From the human T2T-CHM13v2.0 reference genome, Homo sapiens, in NCBI RefSeq assembly GCF_009914755.1, contig NC_060937.1: a DNA stretch of 64,000 bases; one strand, given 5' to 3'. Made by a program: the position numbers and the translations under genes. This document shows positions 29,401 to 44,000 of this stretch, piece by piece (position 1 is the stretch's first letter; every line of letters starts with the position of its first letter). Under the pieces are notes generated by a model. That model was not told the DNA's origin. It saw nothing but the letters and a program-made list of their open reading frames with translations, and did not search any database.

Positions 29401-30230
29401 TTCCATTTTATTCCATTCCATTCCGTTCCATTCCATTCCATTCCGTACCATTCCACTCGCGTTGATTCCATACCATTCCATTCCATTCCACTCAGGTTGA
29501 TTCCTTTCCATTCCATTCCATTCCATTCCACTTGGTTTGATTCCATTCCGTTCCTTTCCATTGCATTCCATTCCATTCCATTCCATTCTATTCCATTCCA
29601 TTCCGTTCCATTCCATTCACGTTGATGCCATTCCAATCCATACCATTCCATTCCCTTCCATTCCATTCCATTCCATTCCATTCCACTCGGATTTATTCCA
29701 TTCCATTCCATTCCTTTCAATTTTATTCCATTCCATTCCGTTCCATTCCATTCCATTCCATTCCATACCATTCCACTCGGGTTGATTCCATACCATTCCA
29801 TTCCATTCCACGCGGGTTGATTCTTTTCCATTCCATTCCATTCCTTTCCATTCCATTTCTTTCCATTCCACTCCATTCCATTCTATTACATTCCACTCCA
29901 TTCCAATCCATTCCATTCCACTCGGGTTGATTCCATTCCATTCCATTCCATTCTGTTCCACTCAGGTTGATTCTTTTCCTTTCCATTCCATTTTATTCCA
30001 CTCCACTCGGGTTGATTCCATTCCATTCCATTCCATTCCATTGCATTCCATTCGTGTTGATTCCATTGCATTCCATTCCATTCCACTCCATTCCATTCCA
30101 TTTCATTCCATTCCACTCCATTCCATTCTATTCCATTCCACTCCATTCGAATCCATTCCATTCCACTCGAGTTGATTCCATTCCATTCCATTCCATTCTG
30201 TTCCACTCAGGTTGATTCCTTTCCATTCCA
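17450..30230 (+). repeat. HSat3 domain I (second part): alternating A/B units forming ~3 kb dimers
   Basis: Landmark at about 19076, 19561, 21125, 22524, 24233, 25902, 27260 and 28935, followed alternately by GATACCATTCC and GATACCAATCC. Confidence 0.78.
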
Positions 30231-33200
30231 TTCCACTGTATTCCATTATATTCCGTTCCATTACATTCCATTCTATACCATTCCACTCAGGTTGATTCCA
30301 TACCATTCTATTCCATTCCATTCCATTAAATTCCATTCCTTTCCATTCCACTCTGGTAGATTCCATTCCATTCCATTCCATTCCATTCTATTCCATTAAA
30401 TTCCTTTCCATTCCATTCCAGTCAGGTAGATTCCATTCCATTCCATTCCATTCCATTCCATTCCATTCCATTCCATTCCATTAGTTTCTAATCGGGTTGA
30501 TTCCAATCCATTCCATTTTATTCAAATCCTTTCCATTCCATGCCATTCCACTCAGGTTTTTTCAATTTTGTTGTATTCCATTCCATTCCATTCCATTCCA
30601 TTCCATTCCATTCCATTCCATTTCATTCCATTCCACTCGGGTTTTTTCCATTCCGTTCCATTAGTTTCCATTCCATTCCATTCCATTCCTTTCCATTCCA
30701 TTCCACTCATGGTGATTCCATTCCTTTCCATTCCAATTCATTCCTTTCCAGTTGATACCATTGCATTGCATTGTTTCCATTCCATTCCATTCCATTCCAT
30801 TCCATTCAATTCCACTCGGTTTGATTCATTTCCATTCCATTCCATTCCATTCCTCTCGGGTTGATTCCATTCCATTCCATGCCCTTTTATTCCATTCCAT
30901 TCCATTCCATTCCATTCCATTCCATTCCATACCATTCCACCAAAGTTGATTGCATGCTATTCCATTCCATTCCATTCCATTCCATTCCATTCCATTCCAT
31001 TCCATTCCATTCCATTCCATACCATTCCACCAAAGTTGATTGCATGTTATTCCATTCCATTCCATTCCATTCCATTCCATTCCATTCCATTCCTTTCCAC
31101 TCGGGTTGTTTCCATTCCATTCATTTCCATTCCGTTCCGTTCCGTTCCGTTCCATTCCATTCCGTTTCATTCCATTGCATTCCACTCGGGTTGATTCCAT
31201 TCCTTTACATTTCATTCCATTCCATTCAATTCCATACCCGTCGGGTTGATTCCTTTCCATTCCTTTCCATTCCATATCATTCCACTCCATTCCGCTCCAT
31301 TCTATTCGGGTTGATTCCGTTCTATTCCATCCCCCTTTATTCCGTTCCATTCCATTCCATTCCATTCTATTCCATTCCATCCCATACCATTCCACCAAAG
31401 TTGATTGTATGTTATTCCATTCCATTCCATTCCATTTCGTTCCATTAAATTCCATTCCATTCCATTCCTTTCCACTCGGGTTGATTGCATTCCATTCAAT
31501 TCTGTTCCATTCCGTTCCGTTCCATTCCATTCCATTTCATTCCATTGCATTCCACTCGGGTTGATTTCATTCCATTCCATTCCATTCCATTCCATTCCAT
31601 TCCATTCCAATCCATTCCATTGCTTTCCATTCCACTCGGGTTGTTTCCATTCCATTTCATTAGTTTCCATTCCATTCCATTCCATTCCATTCCATTGCAT
31701 TCCATTTCACTCAGGTTGATTCTGTTCCATTCCACTGTATTCCATTCCAGTTGATTCCATTGCATTCCATTCCTTTCCATTCCTATGTATTCCATTACAT
31801 TCCATTACACTGGTGTTGATTCCATTCCATTTGAATCCATTCCATTCCATTCCATTCCCTTCCATTCCATTCCATAGCATTCCACAAATTTTGATTCCAT
31901 ACTATTCCATTGCATTTCATTCCTTTCCATTCCAATCCATTCCATTTAAATCTTTTCTATTCCTTTCCATTTCATTCCATTCCATTCCTTTCCTCTCGGG
32001 TTGATTCCATTCCATTCCTTTCCATTCCGTTCCATTCCGTTCCGTTCCATTCCATTCCATTCCATTGCATTACACTAGGGTTGATTCCATTCCATTCCAT
32101 TCCATTCCATTCCATTCCATTCCATTCCATTCCATTCTATTTCGTTCCATTCCATTGCATTCCATTTGGGTTGATAACTTTCCATTCCATTCCATTGCAT
32201 TCCATTTGGGTTGATACCTTTCCATTCCATTCCATTCCATACCATTCCATTCCATTCTGTTCCATTCCATTCGGGTTGACTCCATTCCATTCCATTCCAT
32301 TCCATTCCATTCCACTCCATTCCATCCCATTCCATCCCATTCCAATCCATTCCATTCCATTTCATTCCACTCCATTGCTTTCCATTTGGGTTGATACCTT
32401 TCCATTCCATTCCATTCCATACCATTCCATTCCATTCCGTTCCATTCCATTCAGGTTGACTCCATTCCATTCCATTCCATTCCATTCCATTCCATTGCAT
32501 TCCACTCCATTCCAATCCATTATATTCCACTCAGGTTGAATCCATTCCATTCCATTCCATTCAAATCCATTCCATTTTATTCAGTGCCACTCGGATTCAA
32601 TCAATTCCATTCCATTCCATTCCATTCTATTGCATTTCATTCCATTCCATTCTACTCAGGTTGATTCCATTCCATTCCATTCCATTCTGTTCCATTCCAT
32701 TCGGGTTGACTCCATTCCATTCCATTCCATTCCATTCCATTCCATTCCACTCCATTCCATCCCATTCCATCCCATTCCAATCCATTCCATTCCATTTCAT
32801 TCCACTCCATTGCATTCCATTTGGGTTGATACCTTTCCATTCCATTCCATTCCATACCATTCCATTCCATTCCGTTCCATTCCATTCAGGTTGACTCCAT
32901 TCCATTCCATTCCATTCCATTCCATTCCATTCAGGTTGACTCCATTCCATTCCATTCCATTCCATTCCATTCCATTCCATTGCATTCCACTCCATTCCAA
33001 TCCATTATATTCCACTCAGGTTGAATCCATTCCATTCCATTCCATTCCAATCCATTCCATTTTATTCAGTGCCACTCGGATTCAATCAATTCCATTCCAT
33101 TCCATTCCATTCTATTGCATTTCATTCCATTCCATTCTACTCAGGTTGATTCCATTCCATTCCATTCCATTCCGTTCCACTCGGGTTGATTCAATTCCGT

Positions 33201-36200
33201 TCCTTTCCATTTCATTCCATTCTGTTCCATTCCATTCCATTCCACTCGGGTTGATTCCATTCCATTCCATTCCATTGCATTCCGTTCCATTCCATTCAAC
33301 TCGGGTTGATTCCATTGCTTTCCATTCCACTCGCATTCAATCTATTCTATTCCATTTCATTCCGTTCTGTTCCATTCCATTCTATTGCATTCCCTACCAT
33401 TCCATTCCACTCGGGATGATTCCATTCCCTTCCATTATATTCCGTTCCATTCCATTCCATTCCATTCCACTCCGGTTGATTCCATTCCATTCCATTCCAT
33501 TCCATTCCATTCCATTCCATTCCACTCGGGTTGTTTCCATTCCGTTCCTTTCCATTTCATTCTATTCCATTCTATTCCATTCCATTCAATTCCATTTCAT
33601 TCCACTCCATTCCATTCCATTCCTCTCCGGTTATTCCATTCCATTCCATTCCATACCACTCGGGTTGTTTCCATTCCATTCCATTCCGTTCCATTTTATT
33701 CCATTCCATTCCGTTCCATTACATTCCATTCTATACCATTCCACTCGGGTTGATTCCATACCATTCAATTCCATTCCATTCCATTCCATTCCATTCCATT
33801 CCATTCCATTCCATTCCATTCCATTCCATTCCATTAAATTCCTTTCCATTCCATTCCACTCGGGTAGATTCCATTCCATTCCATTGCATTCCATTCCATT
33901 CCATTCCATTAGTTTCTAATCGGGTTTTTCCAATCCATTCCATTATATTCAAATCCTTTCCATTCCATGCCATTCCACTCGGGTTGTTTCCATTTTGTTG
34001 TATTCCATTCCATTCCATTCCATTCCATTCCATTCCATTCCATTTCATTCCATTCCATTCCACTCGGGTTTTTTCCATTCCGTTCCATTAGTTTCCATTC
34101 CATTCCTTTCCTTTCTATTCCATTCCACTCATGGTGATTCCATTCCTTTCCATTCCAATTCATTCCATTCCAGTTGATACCATTGCCTTGCATTGTTTCC
34201 ATTCCATTCCATTCCATACCATTCCACCAAAGTTGATTGTATGCTATTCCATTCCATTCCATTCCATTCAATTCCATTCCATTCCATTCCATTCCATTCC
34301 ACCAAAGTTGATTGCATGTTATTCCATTCCATTCCATTCCATTCCATTCCATTCCTTTCCATTCCATTCCTTTCCACTCGTGTTGTTTCCAATCCATTCA
34401 TTTCCATTCCGTTCCGTTCCGTTCCGTTCCATTCCATTCCATTTCATTCCATTGCATTCCACTCGGGTTGATTCCATTCCTTTACATTCCATTCCATTCC
34501 TATCAATTCCATACCCGTCGGGTTGATTCCTTTCCATTCCATTCCATTCCATTCCATATCATTCCACTCCATTCCGCTCCATTCTATTCGGGTTGATTCC
34601 GTTCTATTCCATCCCCCTTTATTCCGTTCCATTCCATTCCATTCCATTCTATTCCATTCCATTCCATACCATTCCACCAAAGTTGATTGCATGTTATTCC
34701 ATTCCATTCCATTCCATTCCATTCCATTCCATTAAATTCCATTCCATTCCATTCCTTTCCACTCGTATTGATTCCATACCATTCAATTCTGTTCCGTTCC
34801 GTTCCATTCCATTCCATTCCATTTCATTCCATTGCATTCCACTCGGGTTGATTTCATTCCATTCCATTCCATTCCATTCCATTCCATTCCATTCCATTCC
34901 AATCCATTCCATTGCTTTCCATTCCACTCGGGTTGTTTCCATTCCATTTCATTAGTCTCCATTCCATTCCATTCCATTCCATTCCTTTCCATTCCATTCC
35001 ATTTCACTCAGGTTGATTCTGTTCCATTCCACTGTATTCCATTTCAGTTGATTCCATTGCATTCCATTCCTTTCCATTCCTATGTATTCCATTACATTCC
35101 ATTACACTGGTGTTGATTCCATTCCATTTCAATCCATTCCATTCCATTCCATTCCCTTCTATTCCATTCCATAGCATTCCACAAATTTTGATTCTATATC
35201 ATTCCATTTCATTTCATTCCTTTCCATTCCATTCCAATCCATTCCATTCCATTCCATTTAAATCCTTTCTATTCCTTTCCATTTCATTCCATTCCATTCC
35301 TTTCCTCTCGGGTTGATTCCATTCCATTCCTTTCCATTCCGTTCTATTCCGTTCCGTTCCATTCCATTCCATTCCATTCCCTTCCATTGCATTACACTAG
35401 GGGTGATTCCATTCCATTCCATTCCATTTCGTTCCATTCCATTGCATTCCATTTGGGTTGATAACTTTCCATTCCATTCCATTGCATTCCATTTGGGTTG
35501 ATACCTTTCCATTCCATTCCATTCCATTCTGTTCCATTCCATTCGGGTTGACTCCATTCCATTCCATTCCATTCCACTCCATTCCATCCCATTCCTTCCC
35601 ATTCCATTCCATTCCATTCCATTTCATTCCATTCCATTGCATTCCATTTGGGTTGATACCTTTCCATTCCATTCCATTCCATATCATTCCATTCCATTCC
35701 GTTCCATTCCATTCAGGTTGACTCCATTCCATTCCATTCCATTCCATTCCATTCCATTCCATTCCATTCCATTGCATTGTATTCCACTCCATTCCAATCC
35801 ATTATATTCCACTCAGGTTGAATCCATTCCATTCCATTCCATTCCAATGCATTCCATTTTATTCAGTTCCACTCGGATTCAATCAATTCCATTCCATTCC
35901 ATTCCATTCTATTGCATTTCATTCCATTCCATTCTACTCAGGTTGATTCCATTCCATTCCATTCCATTCCGTTCCACTCGGTTTGATTCAATTCCGTTCC
36001 TTTCCATTTCATTTCATTCTATTCCATTCGATTCCATTCCACTTGGGTTGATTCCATTCCATTCCATTCCATTGCATTCCGTTCCATTCCATTCAACTCG
36101 GGTTGATTCCATTCCATTCCATTCCATTCCACTCGCATTCAATCTATTCCATTCCATTTCATTCCGTTCTGTTCTATTCCATTCTATTGCATTCCATACC

Positions 36201-39200
36201 ATTCCATTCCACTCGGGATGATTCCATTCCCTTCCATTATATTCCGTTTCATTCCATTCCATTCCATTCCACTCCGGTTGATTCCATTCCATTCCATTCC
36301 ATTCCATTCCATTCCATTCCACTCGGGTTATTTCCATTCCATTCCTTTCCATTTCATTCTATTCCATTGCATTCCATTCCATTCCATTCTATTCCATTCC
36401 ACTCCATTCCATTCCATTCCTCTCCGGTTATACCATTCCATTCCATTCCATTCCATTCCACTCGGGTTGTTTCCATTCCATTCCATTCCATTTTATTCCA
36501 TTCCATTCCGTTTCATTTTATTCCATTCCATTCCGTTCCATTCCATTCCGTTCCATACCATTCCACTCGGATTGATTCCATACCATTCCATTCCATTCCA
36601 CTCAGGTTGATTCTTTTCCATTCCATTCCATTCCATTCCATTCCATTCCATTTCATTCCATTCCACTCCATTCCATTCCATTCCATTCCATTTCATTCCA
36701 TTCCACTCCATTCCATTCTATTCCATTCCGCTCCATTCCAATCCGTTCCATTCCACTCGAGTTGATTCCATTCCATTCCATTCCATTTTATTCCATTCCT
36801 TTCCATTACATTACATTCCATTCTATACCATTCCACTCGTGTTGATTCCATACCATTCTATTCCATTCCATTCCATTAAATTCCATTCCATTCCATTCCA
36901 CTCGGGTAGATTCCATTCCATTCCATTCCATTCCATTCCATTCCATTAAATTCCTTTCCATTCCATTCCACTCAGGTAGATTCCATTCCATTCCATTCCA
37001 TTCCATTCCATTCCATTGCATTCCGTTCCACTCAGGTTTTTTCCATTCCGTTCCATTAGTTTCCATTCCATTCCATTCCTTTCCATTCCATTCCACTCAT
37101 GGTGATTCCATTCCTTTCCATTCCAATTCATTCCATTCCAGTTGATACCATTGCATTGCATTGTTTCCATTCCATTCCATTCCATTCCATTCCATTCCAT
37201 TCCATTCCATTCCACTCGGTTTGATTCATTTCCATTCCACTCCATTCCATTCCTCTCGGGTTGATTCCATTCCATTCCATGCCCTTTTATTCCATTCCAT
37301 TCCATTCCATTCCATTCCATTCCATTCCATTCCTTTCCATACCATTCCACCAAAGTTGATTGCATGCTATTCCATTCCATTCCATTCCATTCCATTCCAT
37401 TCCATTCCATTCCATTCCATACCATTCCACCAAAGTTGATTGCATGCTATTCCATTCCATTCCATTCCATTCCATTCCATTCCATTCCATTCCATACCAT
37501 TCCACCAAAATTGATTGCATGTTATTCCATGCCATTCCATTCCATTCCGTTCCATTCCATTCTATTCAATTCCATTCCATTCCATTCCATTCTTTTCCAC
37601 TCGTGTTGATTCCATTCCATTCATTTCCATTCCGTTGCGTTCCGTTCCGTTCCATTCCATTCCATTTCATTCCATTGCATTCCACTCGGGTTGATTCCAT
37701 TCCTTTACATTCCATTCCATTCCAATCAATTCCATACCCGTCGGGTTGATTCCTTTCCATTCCATTCCATTCCATTCCATATCATTCCACTCCATTCCGC
37801 TCCATTCTATTCGGGTTGATTCTGTTCTATTCCATCCCCTTTTATTCCGTTCCATTCCATTCCATTCCATTCTATTCCATTCCATTCCATACCATTCCAC
37901 CAAAGTTGATTGCATGTTATTCCATTCCATTCCATTCCATTCCATTCCATTCCATTCCATTAAATTCCATTCCATTCCATTCCTTTCCACTCGGGTTGAT
38001 TCCATTCCATTCAATTCTGTTCCGTTCCGTTCCGTTCCATTCCATTCCATTTCATTCCATTGCATTCCACTCGGGTTGATTCCATTCCATTCCATTCCAT
38101 TCCATTCCATTCCATTCCATTCCAATCCATTCCATTGCTTTCCATTCCACTCGGGTTGTTTCCATTCCATTTCATTAGTTTCCATTCCATTCCATTCCAT
38201 TCCATTTCACTCAGGTTGATTCTGTTCCATTCCACTGTATTCCATTCCAGTTGATTCCATTGCATTCCATTCCTTTCCATTCCTATGTATTCCATTACAT
38301 TCCATTACACTGGTGTTGATTCCATTCCATTTGAATCCATTCCATTCCATTCCATTCCCTTCCATTCCATTCCATAGCATTCCACAAATTTTGATTACAT
38401 ACTATTCCATTGCATTTCATTCCTTTCCATTCCATTCCATTCCATTTAAATCTTTTCTATTCCTTTCCATTTCATTCCATTCCATTCCTTTCCTCTCGGG
38501 TTGATTCCATTCCATTCCTTTCCATTCCGTTCCATTCCGTTCCATTCCATTCCATTCCATTCCATTGCATTACACTAGGGGTGATTCCATTCCATTCCAT
38601 TCCATTCCATTCCATTCCATTCCATTTCTTTCCATTCCATTGCATTCCATTTGGGTTGATAACTTTCCATTCCATTCCATTGCATTCCATTTGGGTTGAT
38701 ACCTTTCCATTCCATTCCATTCCATACCATTCCATTCCGTTCTGTTCCATTCCATTTGGGTTGACTCCATTCCATTCCATTCCATTCCACTCCATTCCAT
38801 CCCATTCCATCCCATTCCATTCCATTCCATTCCATTTCACTCCATTCCATTGCATTCCATTTGGGTTGATACCTTTCCATTCCATTCCATTCCATATCAT
38901 TCCATTCCATTCCGTTCCGTTCCATTCAGGTTGACTCCATTCCATTCCTTTCCATTCCATTCCATTCCATTGCTTTCCACTCCATTCCAATCCATTATAT
39001 TCCACTGAGGTTGAATCCATTCCATTCCATTCCATTCCAATGCATTCCATTTTATTCAGTTCCACTCGGATTCAATCAATTCCATTCCATTCCATTCCAT
39101 TCTATTGCATTTCATTCCATTCCATTCTACTCAGGTTGATTCCATTCCATTCCATTCCATTCCGTTCCACTCGGGTTGATTCAATTCCGTTCCTTTCCAT

Positions 39201-40560
39201 TTCATTCCATTCTATTCCATTCCATTCCATTCCACTCGGGTTGATTCCATTCCATTCCATTCCATTGCATTCCGTTCCATTCCATTCAACTCGGGTTGAT
39301 TCCATTCCATTCCATTCCATTCCACTCGCATTCAATCTATTCCATTCCATTTCATTCCGTTCTGTTCCATTCCATTCTATTGCATTCAATACCATTCCAT
39401 TCCACTCGGGATGATTCCATTCCCTTCCATTATATTCCGTTCCATTCCATTCCATTCCATTCCACTCTGGTTGATTCCATTCCATTCCATTCCATTCCAT
39501 TCCATTCCATTCCACTCGGGTTGTTTCCATTCCATTCCTTTCCATTTCATTCTATTCCATTCCATTCCATTCCATTCCATTCCATTCAATTCTATTCCAT
39601 TCCACTCCATTCCATTCCATTCCTCTCCGGTTATTCCATTCCGTTCCATTCCATTCCATTCCACTCGGGTTGTTTCCATTCCATTCCATTCCATTTTATT
39701 CCATTCCATTCCGTTCCATTCCATTCCGTTCCATACCATTCCACTCGGGTTGATTCCATACCATTCCATTCCATTCCACTCGGGTTGATTCTTTTCCATT
39801 CCATTCCATTCCATTCCATTCCATTCCATTCCATTCCATTCCATTTCATTCCATGCCACTCCATTCCATTCTATTCCATTCCATTTCATTCCATTCCACT
39901 CCATTCCATTCTATTCCATTCCACTCCATTCCAATCCATTCCATTCCACTCGAGTTGATTCCATTCCATTCCATTCCATTCCATTTTATTCCATTCCATT
40001 CCGTTCCATTACATTCCATTCTATACCATTCTACTCGGGTTGATTCCATACCATTCTATTCCATTCCATTCCATTAAATTCCATTCCATTCCATTCCACT
40101 CGGGTAGATTCCGTTCCATTCCATTCCATTCCATTCCATTCCATTCCATTCCATTAAATTCCTTTCCATTCCATTCCACTCAGGTAGATTCCATTCCATT
40201 CCATTCCATTCCATTCCATTCCATTGCATTCCATTCCACTCGGGTTTTTTCCATTCTGTTCCATTAGTTTCCATTCCATTCCATTCCTTTCCATTCCATT
40301 CCACTCATGGTGATTCCATTCCTTTCTATTCCAATTCATTCCTTTCCAGTTGATACCATTGCATTGCATTGTTTCAATTCCATTCCATTCCATTCCATTC
40401 CATTCCATTCCATTCCATTCCATTCCACTCGGTTTGATTCATTTCCATTCCATTCCATTCCATTCCTCTCTGGTTGATTCCATTCCTTTCCATGCCCTTT
40501 TATTCCATTCCACTCCATTCCATTCCATTTCATTCCATTCCATTCCATTCCATACCATTC
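30230..40560 (+). repeat. HSat3 domain II: ~3.2-3.3 kb higher-order unit, about 3 copies
   Basis: TAGCATTCCACAAATTTTGA at 31875, 35172, 38375 (spacing 3297, 3203). ACTCATGGTGATTCC at ~30705, 34128, 37095, 40303. CATACCCGTCGGG at ~31233, 34510, 37733. Confidence 0.85.
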
Positions 40561-43500
40561 CACCAAAGTTGATTGCATGCTATTCCATTCCATTCCATTC
40601 CATTCCATTCCATTCCATTCCATTCCTTTCCACTTGGGTTGATTCCATTCCATTCAATTCCATTCCGTTCCGTTCCATTCTGTTCCATTCCATTCCATTC
40701 TATTCCATTGCATTCCATTCCATTGCATTCCACTGAGGTTGATTCCATTCCATTCCATTCCATTCCATTCCATTCCATTCCATTCCCTTCGGGTTGATTC
40801 CTTTCCATTCCATTCCATTCCATACCATTCCACTCCATTCCGTTCCATTCCATTCGGGTTGATTCTGTTCCATTCCATGCCCTTTTATTCCATTCCATTG
40901 CATTCCATACCATTCCACCAAAGTTGATTGCATGTTATTCCATTCCAGTCCATTCCATTCCATTCCATTCCTTTCCACTCGTGTTGATTCCATTCCATTC
41001 AATTCCGTTCCTTTCCGTTCCGTTCCGTTCCGTTCCATTCCATTCCGTTTCATTCCATTGCATTCCACTCGGGTTGATTCCATTCCTTTCCATTCCATTC
41101 CATTCCATTCAATTCCATACCCTTCGGGTTGATTCCTTTCCATTCCATTCCATTCCATACCATTCCACTCCATTCCGCTCCATTCCATTTGGGTTGATTC
41201 CGTTCCATTCCATGCCCTTTTATTCCATTCCATTCTATTCCATTCCTTTCCATTCCATTCCATACCATTCCACCAAAGTTGATTGCATGTTATTCCATTC
41301 CATTCCATTCCATTCCATTCAATTCAATTCCATTCCATTCCATTCCATTCCTTTCCACTCGGGTTGTTTCCATTCCATTCAATTCCATTCCGTTCTGTTC
41401 CGTTCCTTTCCATTCCATTCCATTTCATTCCATTGCATTCCACTCGGGTTGATTCCATTCCTTTCCATTTCATTCCATTCCATTCCATTCAATTCCATAC
41501 CCTTCGGGTTGATTCCTATCCATTCAATTCCATTCCATATCATTCCACTCCATTCTGCTCCATTCTATTCGGGTTGATTCTGTTGTATTCCATCCCCGTT
41601 TATTCCATTCCATTCCATTCTATTCCATTCCATTCCATACCATTCCACCAAAGTTGATTGCCTGTTATTCCATTCCATTCCATTCCATTCCATTCCATTC
41701 CATTCCATTCCATTCCATTCCATTCCTTTCCACTCGTGTTGATTCCATTCCATTCAATTCCGTTCCGTTCCATTCCATTCCGTTCCATTCCATTCCATTT
41801 CATTCCATTGCATTCCACTCGGGTTGATTTCATTCCATTCCATTCCATTCCATACCATTCCATTCCATTCCATACCCTTCGTGTTGATTCCTTTCCATTC
41901 CATTCCATTCCATACCATTCCACTCCATTCCATTCCATTCCATTCGGGTTGATTCCATTCCATTCCGTTCCGTTCCATTCCATTCCATTCCATTCCATTC
42001 CACTCGGGTTGATTCCATTCCATTCCATTCCAATCCATTCCATTCCATTCCATTCCATTCCACTCCATTCCATTATATTCCATTCTACTCTGGTTAATTC
42101 CGTTCCATTCCATTCCAATCCATTCCATTCCATTCCATTCCTTTGGGGTCCATTCCATTTCATTCCATTCCGTTCCATTCTGTTCCATTCCATTCAATTC
42201 CATTCCATTGTATTCCATACCATTCCATTCCATTCTATTCCATTCCACTCCATTCCATTCCATTCCAGTCGAGTTGATTCCATTCCATTCCATTCCATTC
42301 CGTTCCGTTGCATTCCATTCCGTTCCGTTCCATTCCATTCCATTCCATTCCATTAAATTCCATTCCATTGCATTCCATTCGATTACTTTCTAATCGGGTT
42401 GATTCTAATCCATTCCATTACATTGAAGTCTTTCCATTCCATGCCATTCCTCTTGTGTTGTTTCCATTCCATTGAATTCCATTCCATTCCATTCCATTCC
42501 ATTGCATTCCATTCCACTCGGGTTGTTTCCATTCCATTTCATTTGTTTCCATTCCATTCCATTCCATTCCATTCCATTCCATTCCATTCCACTCCATTCC
42601 ATTTTATTCCATTCTATTTCGTTCCCTTGCATTCCATTCTATACCATTCCACTCGGGTTGATTCCATACCATTCTATTCCATTCCATTCCATTAAATTCC
42701 ATTCCATTCCATTCCACTCTTGTAGATTCCATTCCATTCCATTCCATTCCATTCCGTTCCATTCCATTCCATTCCATTCCACTCGGTTTGATTCATTTCC
42801 ATTCCATTCCATTCCATTCCATTCCTCTCGGGTTGATTCCATTCCATTCCATGCCCTTTTATTCCATTCCATTCCATTCCATTCCATTCCATTCCATTCC
42901 ATACCATTCCACCAAAGTTCATTGCATGCTATCCCATTCCATTCCATTCCATTCCATTCCATTCCATTCCATTCCATACCATTCCACCAAAGTTGATTGC
43001 ATGCTATCCCATTCCATTCCATTCCATTTTATTCCATTCCATTCCTTTCCTTTCCACTTGAGTTGATTCCATTCCATTCAATTCCGTTCCGTTCCGTTCC
43101 GTTCCATTCCTTTCCATTTCCTTCCATTGCATTCCATTGTGGTTGATCATTCCATTCCATTCCATTCCATTCCATTCCATTCCATACCCTTTGGGTTGAT
43201 TCCTTTCCATTCCTTTCCATTCCATACCATTCCACTCCATTCCGTTCCATTCCATTCGGGTTGAATGTGTTCCATTCCATGCCTTTTATTCTATTCCATT
43301 CCATTCCATACCATTCCACCAAAGTTGATTGCATGTTATTCCATTCTATTCCATTCCATTCCATTCCATTCCATTCCTTTCCAGTCGGGTTGATTCCATT
43401 CCATTCAATTCCGTTCCTTTCCGTTCCTTTCCGTTACATTCCATTCCGTTTCATTCCATTGCATTCCACTCGGGTTGATTCCATTCCTTTCCATTCCATT

Positions 43501-44000
43501 CCATTCAATTCCATAGGCTTCGGGTTGATTCCTTTCCATTCCATTCCATTCCATACCATTCCACTCCATTCCGCTCCATTCCATTCGGGTTGATTCCATT
43601 CCTTTCCATTCCATTCAATTCCATTCCTTTCAATTCCATAGGCTTCGGGTTGATTCCTTTCCATTCCATTCCATTCCATACCATTCCACTCCATTCCGCT
43701 CCATTCCATTCGGGTTGATTCCCTTCCGTTCCATGCCCTTTTATTCCATTCCCTTACATTCCATTCCATTCCATTCCATTCCATACCATTCCACCAAAGT
43801 TGACTGCATGTTATTCCATTCCATTCCATTCCATTCCATTCCATTCCAAATTCCATTCCATTCCATTCCATTCCTTTCCACTCTGGTTGTTTCCATTCCA
43901 TTCAATTCCATTCCGTTCCGTTCCGTTCCGTTCCATTCCATTCCATTTCATTCCATTGCATTCCACTCGGGTTGATTCCATTTCATTCCATTCCATTGCA
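40560..44000 (+). repeat. HSat3 domain III: ~355-375 bp sub-unit tandemly amplified
   Basis: CACCAAAGTTGA at 40561, 40916, 41271 and 41646, then less regularly at ~42910, 42985, 43317 and 43792, usually preceded by CATGCCCTTTTATT-like words. Confidence 0.72.
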
